A stretch of DNA of 64,000 bases, taken from Minisyncoccota bacterium (GTDB lineage Bacteria; Patescibacteriota; Minisyncoccia; Phycocordibacterales; UBA9973). The notes under the pieces are model-generated. The model did no database searches and was not told the DNA's origin. It worked only from the letters and a program-made list of their open reading frames with translations. The position numbers were made by a program, and so were the translations under genes. Where the stretch lies: contig JBAYVZ010000005.1 in NCBI GenBank assembly GCA_041674285.1, forward strand, positions 5,176-69,175, in the 5' to 3' direction. Numbering within the stretch: position 1 is the first letter of the stretch; each line of letters opens with the position of its first letter. This document shows positions 45,253 to 54,025 of this stretch, one piece after another.

Positions 45253-45393
45253 TTATTTCTTTATAGATACACTAGCGCGACCTTTTTGGCGTCGGCGGGC
45301 AGTGACCTTTCGGCCATTTTTTGTCTTTGTACGTACAAGAAAACCGTGTGTTTTAGCTCTTTTACGTTTGTTTGGTTGATATGTTTGAGACAT
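45253..45393 (-). CDS. rpmH: 50S ribosomal protein L34
   Basis: [46 protein letters not shown], translated by hand; below the ORF-track length cutoff. Confidence 0.85.
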   Translation of the reverse strand: MSQTYQPNKRKRAKTHGFLVRTKTKNGRKVTARRRQKGRASVSIKK

Positions 45394-45515
45394 AATGTCT
45401 AATATATACTATAATGGTGCATTATGCAACCCATAAAGTTATCCACACGATATACACAGGATTGCACACAATTCAAACAGGACGATTATAAATCTTAACT
45501 AGTATAATAGGAACT

Positions 45516-46868
45516 ATGGTATCAGATACAAAAAAATTATGGGAAAGCTGTTTGGCGGAAATCGAATTATCCATTTCAAAAGCAAATTTTACAACCTGGT
45601 TTAAAAATACACAGATAGTAAAAGAAGAGGAGGGAGTACTATTTATAGGAGTACCAAATGAATTCGTAAAAGACTGGTTGAATAATAAATTTCACAAGCT
45701 AATCCTTAAAACTCTAATGAATTATGAGGATAGTGTACGCAATATAGAATACATAATCACAAAACACGAAGTAGTAAAACCAAAAACAGAAAATGAACAA
45801 GCCCCTATATCTATAAACAAAGAACTGCCACTAGCTGATCTCTATGTAAACAAGGACGACAACTTAAATCCTAAATATACATTCAATAATTTTATTGTTG
45901 GACCATTCAACGAGCTTGCATATGCAGTTTCCCAAGCTATCATCACCACACCAGGGGAAACATATAATCCATTCTTTGTATATGGAGGTACAGGTCTTGG
46001 TAAGACACATATGATCCAATCGATAGGGAATAGTATCAAGAATAAATTTCCAAATAAAAAGATTTATTATGTGAGTCTTGAAAAATTTGCTATTGACTAC
46101 ATAAACTCAATTCAAAACAAAAATCCAAATGGATTTAAAGAGAAGTATAGAAAATACGATGTGATAATTATGGATGACATCCAATTCATATCAGGAAAAG
46201 AAAAGACTCAAGAAGAATTATTCCATTTGTTCAATATATTCCACGAAAACAATAAGCAAATTGTTTTTTCTTCAGATAAACATCCAAACTTTATCCAAGG
46301 ATTAGAAGAACGTCTACAATCTAGATTCGCTTCTGGTATGACAGTACAGATAACAGAGCCTGACTATGAATCACGCGTAGCGATCATCAAAGCTAAGCTA
46401 CAGAAGACAAATATAATAGTGGATGAACCAGTCATCTCCTACCTTGCAGAGGTACTAGAGGGTAATATACGAGAATTGGAGGGTAGTTTAAATACAATCA
46501 TCTGCCAATCTCAACTCAAAGATAAATCACTCTCTTTAAATGAGACAAAAAATTTAATTAAAAATAATATCCGACCAAAGAAAAATGTAGCTATCAAAGA
46601 TATTATTAAAATAATTGCTGATTATTACAATATCCCCGAAGCTCACGTATATGAGAAGACCAGGAGAAAGGAGATAGTCCAAGCTCGCCAAGTAGCGATG
46701 TACCTACTCCGAGAAGATTTCAATATTTCATACCCACTAATAGGTCAAAAGTTTGGGGGTAGGGATCACACCACAGTCATACACTCACACCTCAAAATAA
46801 AAGAAGATTTAAAGACGAATCCAAGCCTACTCCAAGAGATAGAGAGGATCAGAATCATGTTCAAATAG
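45516..46868 (+). CDS. dnaA: Chromosomal replication initiator DnaA
   Basis: GGTGLGKTHM AAA+ motifs and a C-terminal DNA-binding helix-turn-helix. Confidence 0.92.
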   Translation: MVSDTKKLWESCLAEIELSISKANFTTWFKNTQIVKEEEGVLFIGVPNEFVKDWLNNKFHKLILKTLMNYEDSVRNIEYIITKHEVVKPKTENEQAPISINKELPLADLYVNKDDNLNPKYTFNNFIVGPFNELAYAVSQAIITTPGETYNPFFVYGGTGLGKTHMIQSIGNSIKNKFPNKKIYYVSLEKFAIDYINSIQNKNPNGFKEKYRKYDVIIMDDIQFISGKEKTQEELFHLFNIFHENNKQIVFSSDKHPNFIQGLEERLQSRFASGMTVQITEPDYESRVAIIKAKLQKTNIIVDEPVISYLAEVLEGNIRELEGSLNTIICQSQLKDKSLSLNETKNLIKNNIRPKKNVAIKDIIKIIADYYNIPEAHVYEKTRRKEIVQARQVAMYLLREDFNISYPLIGQKFGGRDHTTVIHSHLKIKEDLKTNPSLLQEIERIRIMFK

Positions 46869-47092
46869 CTGTGGATAAAACTGTTAATAACTAGGGGGCT
46901 AGAATTTAACAAGATGTTCACAAAAACATAAACAAAACTAATCCACAGCAAAGTATACAGATGACATGTTTTATAAGAATTTTAAAAAAGAGATAAAAAG
47001 CTTACTTTATATAGTCGAAAAAAGTAATCCACATATCCACAGGAATAGTATTAGTAATAGAGTTTATTTAATAATTAATTAAGAAAGAATAT
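46869..47092. promoter_or_regulatory. oriC: DnaA-box cluster between dnaA and dnaN
   Basis: TGTGGATAA (46869-46877, perfect), TAATCCACA (46939-46947), TAATCCACA (47025-47033) and ATATCCACA (47034-47042), with an AT-rich stretch. One more perfect TTATCCACA lies at 45439-45447, upstream of dnaA. Confidence 0.6.
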
Positions 47093-48193
47093 ATGAAACT
47101 AGAATGTTCAATAGAAAAGATAAAAGATGCACTAATAACAGCAGAAAGAATTACAGGAAAGAACCTCACTCTTCCAGTACTAGGATCTGTACTTTGGGTA
47201 GCTTCAAATAAAGTTTTAAAACTTCGAGCTACAAATTTAAACATTGGTATTGAGATTGAGATACCGGCAAAGATAGAGACTGAGGGTGTAGTGGCTGTGA
47301 AGGGTGATATTCTTTCTTCTTTGTTTTCTCTACTACACGGAGATTCTACTGTAAAGTTTGAATTAATTGATTCTAATTTTTCTGTTAAAACAAAATCAAA
47401 TAATATTTTATTAAATACAATTCCTTATGAAGACTTTCCAACTATTCCGATACTCTCCGGTGAAGAGATTACAGTACCCTCTGTAAAGCTCGTAGAGGGC
47501 CTCAAGGCGGTTTATTATAGCGCAGCGGTATCAGACATCAAACCAGAGATTGGAAGTGTCTACATCTACCCACAGGACGATATGCTGGTGTTCGTGGCGA
47601 CAGACTCTTTCCGTCTCGCAGAAAAGAAAGTTAAGATTAAAAAAGAACTTAATTTTGATGGAATATTATTACCTTTAAAAAATGCAACAGAGATAATTCG
47701 TATTTTAGATGGGGTGGATGATGATGTAAAAATAATCTTACACAAAAATCAGATATCTCTATCTGTGAATGGTATATATATCACATCTAGAGTTGTAGAT
47801 GGAACATTCCCAGATTACAAACAAATTATTCCAAGAGAATCAAAAACTCAAGCTACACTTCTCAAGCAAGATTTGTTGTATGCAATAAAAGTTTCAAATA
47901 TTTTATCTGATAAATTTAATCAAATAACATTTAATCTGAAACCTAATGAAAAAGTTTTTGAAGTTGATTCAAAAAATAATGATATAGGTGAGAACACTAC
48001 ACACATAGAAAGTTCTCTGTCTGGGGAAGAGGTGAGTGTAAATATAAATTATAAATACATTGTGGATTGTTTTCAGTCTATAAATGGCGATAGTGTGACA
48101 CTGGAATTCAATGGTAGTAATAGACCTATTATAATTCGTGTAGTAGGAGATTCATCTTTTATGTATCTCGTGATGCCTATGAACCGTCAGTAA
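47093..48193 (+). CDS. dnaN: DNA polymerase III beta sliding clamp
   Basis: 366 aa; three-domain clamp pattern; position after dnaA. Confidence 0.88.
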   Translation: MKLECSIEKIKDALITAERITGKNLTLPVLGSVLWVASNKVLKLRATNLNIGIEIEIPAKIETEGVVAVKGDILSSLFSLLHGDSTVKFELIDSNFSVKTKSNNILLNTIPYEDFPTIPILSGEEITVPSVKLVEGLKAVYYSAAVSDIKPEIGSVYIYPQDDMLVFVATDSFRLAEKKVKIKKELNFDGILLPLKNATEIIRILDGVDDDVKIILHKNQISLSVNGIYITSRVVDGTFPDYKQIIPRESKTQATLLKQDLLYAIKVSNILSDKFNQITFNLKPNEKVFEVDSKNNDIGENTTHIESSLSGEEVSVNINYKYIVDCFQSINGDSVTLEFNGSNRPIIIRVVGDSSFMYLVMPMNRQ

Positions 48194-48197
48194 AATT

Positions 48198-48461
48198 ATG
48201 GATTATAATCACATAAATAAATTTTTAGAGAAATTTGTAAAGATGGTGTCTAAGGGTGATCTAGTCCTCAGTGAGATATCTTCAGTAATATATAAACACA
48301 CAAATCTTAAAATAGAAAAAGAAAATATAAATTTTAAGGGTGGGTATATCAAGATAAACACAACACCACTTGCAAAAGGGGAGTTGCTCATGAGTAAGGA
48401 AAAGATTTTGCTTGAATTGCGTACAAATATGCCCGGTACAAATTTCTTGGATATAAAATAA
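48198..48461 (+). CDS. DUF721/DciA-like small protein
   Basis: 87 aa immediately after dnaN, which is the typical locus for this family. Confidence 0.45.
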   Translation: MDYNHINKFLEKFVKMVSKGDLVLSEISSVIYKHTNLKIEKENINFKGGYIKINTTPLAKGELLMSKEKILLELRTNMPGTNFLDIK

Positions 48462-48492
48462 AAACCTCGATAATATCGAGGTTTTTATTTTT
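48461..48492. terminator. Bidirectional hairpin terminator
   Basis: AAAACCTCGAT-aat-ATCGAGGTTTT followed by a T-run. Confidence 0.6.
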
Positions 48493-51005
48493 TACTTTAC
48501 GTAAAAGTTTAATTTTTGCTGACTTGTACCACCATCCATATCGTATATTTTTACCAGTATTGTATTTCCTCCACCGTCTATACCTAGCTCACTAGGGATA
48601 AATGATACACCATAAGGATCATTTTTTAAGGAAGTTAGATAATTGTTGTTTACAAATATATCTATTTTTTGTATTGGACTCTGGCTCTTTACCTCTACTT
48701 TAAAAGATATTGTCTCATCTTTATTGTAGGGTGTGTTTAGTAGGTTTTTAATTGTAAAACTCGGTTTTGTCGATGAGTTGTGGATATTGTCATAAAACAG
48801 TGGTTTATCTTTTAGACTCACGTATTTATATTTGTAAGAATTTTTTGACCACCAGTTCTGTACACTTATCTCAAAGTGATCATACAGGGAATCACTCGAA
48901 GGTCCAGGAGTCTTTTCATTCTTTGGGTCTTTTTTGTCTACCCAGTACAAGATAGTATGAACATTTGTTAGTGATTTTTCTTCAATACTTTCTTTTGGGG
49001 TGAACTCTGTCGCTAATCCTCCAGATTTTTTATCAACCTTGAAAGTATCACCACCTTGCCAGTATCCTCGGAGTAGGGGATTCAAATTTGAATCTACTTC
49101 ATCTGGCTTGTTAAATGTTTCATCTTTGGGTAGTTTTGTTAATGCTTGCATCATTATTTGGTTCCAGATTGGTCCAGCGAGAGATACACCACCTTTTTTC
49201 ATTGGTATATTATCATTGTTACCCACCCATACACCCACCACCACAGATGGGGTATATCCTATAGTCCAAGCATCTTTGTTGTCATTTGTTGTTCCAGTCT
49301 TTACTGCAGCCTGGATACCTTCTGGTAGTACTAGAGCTGAGTTTGCTCCGTATGTAGGGATACGAGCATTGTTGTCGGTAAGAATGTCTGCCAAAATTCT
49401 TGTTGAATTTGGATTCAATATTTGTTCTGGTCTGTCTTTGTATTCTTCTAATATATTCCCTGTACCATCTGATATTGAAAGAACTCCTGTATTTGGATGT
49501 CTGATACCTTCTGTGGCGAATACGCTATATACAGAAGTCATATCTAAGAGCTTTGTCTCTCCACCTCCGATCACTAGAGACAATCCATATCTATTTGCAT
49601 CATTGAGTGTAGTCACACCCAGGTCGTGAGCCATCTTTATAGCATCTTGTACTCCTACTAGGTATAGAAGTTTTACTGCTATTACGTTTATGGACTGAGC
49701 TAGAGCATCTTTGAGTGTCATCGGTCCATGGAATGCATTGTCGTAATTGTCTGGATTATAACAATCTGTTTTTTTGTTTTTACCTTTTGGGTTGCTATAT
49801 GCATCACAACTTGTAGAAAATTCTGTAGGTACGTCGAATAGTACTGTATCTTTTGTGTATCCCTTTTCAAATGCGGCTGCATAGACTATAGGCTTGAATG
49901 ATGATCCCGGCTGTCTCTCTGCTGTAGCTACATTGAAATTCCCATCTATACTTTTATCAAAATAATTTCGTGATCCAACCATAGATAGTATTTGACCTGT
50001 CTTTGGATCCATTACCACTGCGGCTGCATTTTTTCCATCCCAGTTTTTTTCATTATCCAGAGCTCTTTCTAGGACTATAGCTTCTGCTTTTTTCTGTAAT
50101 TCAAAATCAAGAGTTGTGGTAACTTTTAATCCGCCGTTCTCTACCATCTCTACTCCATATTTCTTTTCCAAGTAATCTTTTATGAAGAATACAAAGTGTG
50201 GAGCTGCTATATACATCGGTTGCGCAGGTAGGAATTCTACTTTTTCTGCCACAGCTTCATTGTATTGATTTTCTGTGATGAATTTTAAATCCAGCATCCT
50301 TTTTAATACTAGATTTTTCCTTGTATCTAGGCGTGCGCGACCCTTATAAGGGGAGTAGTATGTAGGACCATTTGGTATCGCTGCTAGGTATGCAGATTCA
50401 GCGAGTGTCAGATCTATTGGTGCTTTACCAAAGAATGCTTTTGAAGCTTCCTCTATTCCGTAAATATTTCCACCATAAGGGGCTTCGTTTAGATACAGAG
50501 CTAGAATTTCGTCCTTGTTCATTACTTTTTCAAGCTTGATTGCCAGGATCCATTCTTTTATCTTTCTGGTCACAGTCCTCTCTGATGTCAGTAATGTCTG
50601 CTTTATGATCTGCTGAGTGATAGTCGATCCACCTTGGATTTTTCCACCTGTCATATTTGCCCACACAGCACGAATCAGTGACTTTAATCTAACTCCGTGA
50701 TGTTGGTAGAATTCAGAATCTTCTATAGCAACAGTGGCATTCTTGCTATATGTACCCATAGACTCATAGGGGATGACAGTACGTTTTATGTTGCTGTGTA
50801 CGTCATATAATATGATGGTTCCAGTCCTGTCATATATCTTTGTAGAGCTGGCTATTTTGCGCTCGGTAAAGAGTTTAAAGTCTGGTAATTGTAATGTGCT
50901 AGTCCAGATTGCTAATATACCTACGACCAATAGTCCAAAACCAAAAATACCCAAAATCCAATTTTTGAGCTGGTGTTTATTAAATTTAAACTTAATTTTC
51001 TTCAT
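48492..51005 (-). CDS. Class A penicillin-binding protein (GT51 transglycosylase + transpeptidase)
   Basis: N-terminal TM; GT51 motifs (EDSEFYQHHGV, GGSTITQQ); the SSFK (SxxK) transpeptidase motif. Confidence 0.85.
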   Translation of the reverse strand: MKKIKFKFNKHQLKNWILGIFGFGLLVVGILAIWTSTLQLPDFKLFTERKIASSTKIYDRTGTIILYDVHSNIKRTVIPYESMGTYSKNATVAIEDSEFYQHHGVRLKSLIRAVWANMTGGKIQGGSTITQQIIKQTLLTSERTVTRKIKEWILAIKLEKVMNKDEILALYLNEAPYGGNIYGIEEASKAFFGKAPIDLTLAESAYLAAIPNGPTYYSPYKGRARLDTRKNLVLKRMLDLKFITENQYNEAVAEKVEFLPAQPMYIAAPHFVFFIKDYLEKKYGVEMVENGGLKVTTTLDFELQKKAEAIVLERALDNEKNWDGKNAAAVVMDPKTGQILSMVGSRNYFDKSIDGNFNVATAERQPGSSFKPIVYAAAFEKGYTKDTVLFDVPTEFSTSCDAYSNPKGKNKKTDCYNPDNYDNAFHGPMTLKDALAQSINVIAVKLLYLVGVQDAIKMAHDLGVTTLNDANRYGLSLVIGGGETKLLDMTSVYSVFATEGIRHPNTGVLSISDGTGNILEEYKDRPEQILNPNSTRILADILTDNNARIPTYGANSALVLPEGIQAAVKTGTTNDNKDAWTIGYTPSVVVGVWVGNNDNIPMKKGGVSLAGPIWNQIMMQALTKLPKDETFNKPDEVDSNLNPLLRGYWQGGDTFKVDKKSGGLATEFTPKESIEEKSLTNVHTILYWVDKKDPKNEKTPGPSSDSLYDHFEISVQNWWSKNSYKYKYVSLKDKPLFYDNIHNSSTKPSFTIKNLLNTPYNKDETISFKVEVKSQSPIQKIDIFVNNNYLTSLKNDPYGVSFIPSELGIDGGGNTILVKIYDMDGGTSQQKLNFYVK

Positions 51006-51044
51006 AAGTTAATAATAACATACTATATTCTATAAATATGGCAA

Positions 51045-51599
51045 TTGTGGGATAATTTAATTATGAGAAAAAAATCATCAACCCCGTCCTCTGATTACAG
51101 AGTCCACCCCTCAAGAGGGGAATTAAATATGAATACAAAAAATACATCCACCCCACCTTTTGATTACAAAAGGCACCCCTCAAGAGGGGAATTTTGGGAT
51201 ACAGGTTCTTTGTATCCATATTGGGAAATTCCTAAAAATAAACTTTTAATCTCACGAGCAAAAGAATTAAGAAAAGCTGGCAATTTAGCGGAAGTTATTT
51301 TTTGGAAAACTTTCAATGATAAAAATAAAATAGGTTTTGATATTGATCGGCAAGTTATAGTAGGGAACTATATTGTCGATTTTTTTATCCCGGAATTGGG
51401 TTTAGTTTTTGAAATAGACGGATCGAGTCACGATAATAAAATAGATTATGATGCCGAACGGGATGCATTTATGAATGACCTTGGATTGTTTGTTATTCGA
51501 ATTCCTGATGTAGATGTGAAGAAAAATATGGAAAGTGTCTATAATTTTGTAACTAATATAATTTTAGAAAGAACAAATAAACTCAAGGGTTTTTCTTAG
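51045..51599 (+). CDS. DUF559 (Vsr-like endonuclease fold) protein. The ORF-track 5' extension consists of C-repeat units, and the true start is uncertain.
   Basis: C-terminal ...VDFFIPELGLVFEIDGSSHD...DAERDAFMNDLGLFVIRI matches DUF559. Confidence 0.5.
   Translation: MWDNLIMRKKSSTPSSDYRVHPSRGELNMNTKNTSTPPFDYKRHPSRGEFWDTGSLYPYWEIPKNKLLISRAKELRKAGNLAEVIFWKTFNDKNKIGFDIDRQVIVGNYIVDFFIPELGLVFEIDGSSHDNKIDYDAERDAFMNDLGLFVIRIPDVDVKKNMESVYNFVTNIILERTNKLKGFS
51079..51192 (+). repeat. C-repeat locus 2: two direct units
   Basis: Units at 51079-51123 and 51147-51192 read in-frame as ...DY[RK][VR]HPSRGE[LF]. Confidence 0.65.
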
Positions 51600-51605
51600 A
51601 AACAC

Positions 51606-51634
51606 TTGCAATAAACAACCTTGTATGGTATAGT
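51606..51634 (+). promoter_or_regulatory. Sigma70-like promoter (TTGCAA-17-TATAGT)
   Basis: Near-consensus -35 and -10 with 17-nt spacing. Confidence 0.45.
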
Positions 51635-51685
51635 TTATCTAATGGAATCTTCTTTGCTCTTTGTTAGGTTCCAGATTTATATGCT

Positions 51686-51718
51686 CTCGGAGGGTCCAAT
51701 CTCCGGGGGCATTTTTTT
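51686..51718 (+). terminator. Rho-independent terminator about 50 nt after the promoter (candidate short leader or sRNA)
   Basis: CTCGGAG-ggtccaat-CTCCGGG followed by GGCATTTTTTT. Confidence 0.5.
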
Positions 51719-51780
51719 ATTGGTTCATAACTCCAATCAAAATACCCACGACATATGTCTGAAAACATTAATTTTTTAAA

Positions 51781-51827
51781 ATTCCCCTCTTGAGGGGTGG
51801 CATTTGTACTCAAATGACGGGGTGGAT
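51781..51827 (-). repeat. C-repeat locus 3: a single unit in inverted orientation
   Basis: ATTCCCCTCTTGAGGGGTGGCATTTGTACTCAAATGACGGGGTGGAT. Confidence 0.6.
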
Positions 51828-51857
51828 GTATTGAATTTGGTGTGGTAAAGTATAAAT

Positions 51858-53051
51858 ATGATAAAGAATGATACAAATGAATTGCTAAATCGGGGAATAG
51901 AGAATATCTACCCTTCAAAAGCATACCTAGAATCTCGTATTGCAAAGGGTGAAAAGCTCACTATCTATCTAGGAGTAGATCCTACTGGTCCGACACTACA
52001 CCTCGGGCATGCTATACCACTACTCAAACTTTCAGAATTTCAAAAAGCTGGCCATAAGATCATCCTTCTTATGGGTGATTTTACTGCGATGATCGGTGAC
52101 CCGACAGACAAGGGTACTGCTCGTGTGCCTCTAACCCACAAGCAAGTGATGGCGAATTTGAAAAATTACAAAAAGCAGGCAAGCTCAATTATTTCATTTT
52201 CTGGCAAGAATGCAGCTCAAATAAAATTCAATTCAAAGTGGCTCGGTAAGATGAACTTTGAAGACGTGCTGAGTCTCGCATCAAATATGACAGTACAGCA
52301 GATGCTAGAACGTGATATGTTCTCAAAGAGAATGGAAGAGGGCAAGCCAATATTTATTCATGAATTTATGTATCCACTCATGCAGGGATACGACTCTGTA
52401 GCTATGGATATAGATGGAGAGATCGGGGGCAATGATCAGACATTCAACATGCTCCAAGGTCGCAACTTGATGAAGACTCTCAAGAATAAAGAAAAATTTG
52501 TCATTACCGTAAAACTCCTCGAAGATAGTAGTGGTAAAAAGATGGGCAAGACAGAGGGTAATATGGTCGCCTTATCAGACACCCCAGAGGAGATGTATGG
52601 CAAGGTCATGAGCTGGACTGACGGCATGATCCTCCCAGGATTTGAATTGTGTACTACTGTATCCCTCGAAGATATGGAAGCTATGGCTACCGATATTGCC
52701 AAGGGTATGAATCCTCGCGATCTGAAGATGCGCCTAGCTCGTGCGGTTGTGAATACTTTTTACGGAGAAAAGAAAGCATTGGATGCAGAAAATAATTTTA
52801 TCTCTACATTCCAAAAATCTGAAATACCAGAAGATCTGCCTGAGGTAAAAGTAGGGGATGGGACACTACTAGTAGATGTACTCCTCGCAAACAAGATAAT
52901 TGCTTCAAAGACAGAATTCCGCAGGCTCGTAGATGAGGGTGCTATTACCAATCTGGATACTGATAAAAAGGTGGATAGTCATACGGCACATGCTGTATCA
53001 GCTGTATACCGCATAGGTAAAAAGCGCTTTTGTAAAATTAAAATAGGATAG
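51858..53051 (+). CDS. tyrS: Tyrosyl-tRNA synthetase
   Basis: HLGH and KMGKT class I motifs; C-terminal S4-like domain. Confidence 0.85.
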   Translation: MIKNDTNELLNRGIENIYPSKAYLESRIAKGEKLTIYLGVDPTGPTLHLGHAIPLLKLSEFQKAGHKIILLMGDFTAMIGDPTDKGTARVPLTHKQVMANLKNYKKQASSIISFSGKNAAQIKFNSKWLGKMNFEDVLSLASNMTVQQMLERDMFSKRMEEGKPIFIHEFMYPLMQGYDSVAMDIDGEIGGNDQTFNMLQGRNLMKTLKNKEKFVITVKLLEDSSGKKMGKTEGNMVALSDTPEEMYGKVMSWTDGMILPGFELCTTVSLEDMEAMATDIAKGMNPRDLKMRLARAVVNTFYGEKKALDAENNFISTFQKSEIPEDLPEVKVGDGTLLVDVLLANKIIASKTEFRRLVDEGAITNLDTDKKVDSHTAHAVSAVYRIGKKRFCKIKIG

Positions 53052-53053
53052 TT

Positions 53054-53088
53054 AAAACACGAGGTTCATTCCTCGTGTTTTTGATATA
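53054..53088 (+). terminator. Rho-independent terminator
   Basis: AAAACACGAGG-ttcatt-CCTCGTGTTTT followed by T. Confidence 0.6.
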
Positions 53089-53096
53089 ATAAATAT

Positions 53097-53693
53097 ATGA
53101 ATAAAATTACACTCAATAATGAATTTTACAATGCTACAGAAAATGATTTTCCTTATTTAGTTGTCTATGGAGAAAAGTCTGGTGGGTCACACTTTTCTGT
53201 GACTTTGATGGCAGAGCTTTTTTCCTCTGGTTCTAAAATATTATTTTTTACAGCCTTTCCGATGGCTACCGATAATTTTTTAGGGCAAATTGGGTCTGAC
53301 AATTCAAATGTCGCAATTGTTAAAAATATGGAAGATTTAAAACAATACGAAAACAGCCAGGCTATTATCTTGGATAGTGGAAATGAAATCTTGTTTTTAC
53401 AGGCGATAAAAGAATTGAAAGATATAAATGAGAGAATAATACTCGTGAAAAATATAGAGGCATCTAGTGACGAGTTATTGGGTTCTTGCTTGAGTTTCAA
53501 GAATATTATTTTATCTGGTGATATTGATACTTGTGTGTCAAAAGAAAAGATTATCAAAAAAACTTTTAAGAGTGTTGTTGTTTTTACAAAGCCAGAGACT
53601 TCACTTTCGATAGATGTTCCAGAACTAGAAAAATGGACTGGGTATTTAAATGGGGGAGATAAAAAAGGAATTATTAAAGTTAAAGTAAGTTAA
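53097..53693 (+). CDS. Hypothetical protein
   Basis: 198-aa ORF. The VVYGEKSGGSH stretch faintly resembles a degenerate P-loop. Confidence 0.3.
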   Translation: MNKITLNNEFYNATENDFPYLVVYGEKSGGSHFSVTLMAELFSSGSKILFFTAFPMATDNFLGQIGSDNSNVAIVKNMEDLKQYENSQAIILDSGNEILFLQAIKELKDINERIILVKNIEASSDELLGSCLSFKNIILSGDIDTCVSKEKIIKKTFKSVVVFTKPETSLSIDVPELEKWTGYLNGGDKKGIIKVKVS

Positions 53694-53725
53694 AAATTTT
53701 TGGAGGAATTGTGATAAGTGTGATA

Positions 53726-53751
53726 AAAAATCCCCACACGGGGGATTTTTT
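53726..53751. terminator. Bidirectional hairpin terminator
   Basis: AAAAATCCCC-acac-GGGGGATTTTT. Confidence 0.55.
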
Positions 53752-53753
53752 AT

Positions 53754-53939
53754 TTATATAGCGTCTACATCATCTGAAGAGAATTCATCTTCGAATCCCT
53801 CTTCGTCATCTTCATCGATTATCTCACCATCATCATCTAGTAGGGCATCATCTAGATCTAGATCTGCATCTTCACTAAAAGCAGAATCATCGTCTTCGTT
53901 TCCAAACCCTATTTTGAATTCTTCTTCATCAATACTCAT
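53754..53939 (-). CDS. Very acidic 61-aa protein, hypothetical
   Basis: About 50% D/E (DDALLDDDGEIIDEDDEEGFEDEF). Confidence 0.3.
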   Translation of the reverse strand: MSIDEEEFKIGFGNEDDDSAFSEDADLDLDDALLDDDGEIIDEDDEEGFEDEFSSDDVDAI

Positions 53940-54025
53940 ATTGTATTATCGATAATTTAAATTATTAAACGACTCATTTTTGTAATAGATTATTTGTAAC
54001 AAAATCTATTTTTCTTTGCAAGGGG

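Noticed and set aside
51600-51857. T-box riboswitch upstream of tyrS.
   Set aside because: No T-box consensus sequence or specifier-loop architecture found. The leader is too short (about 80 nt to the terminator).
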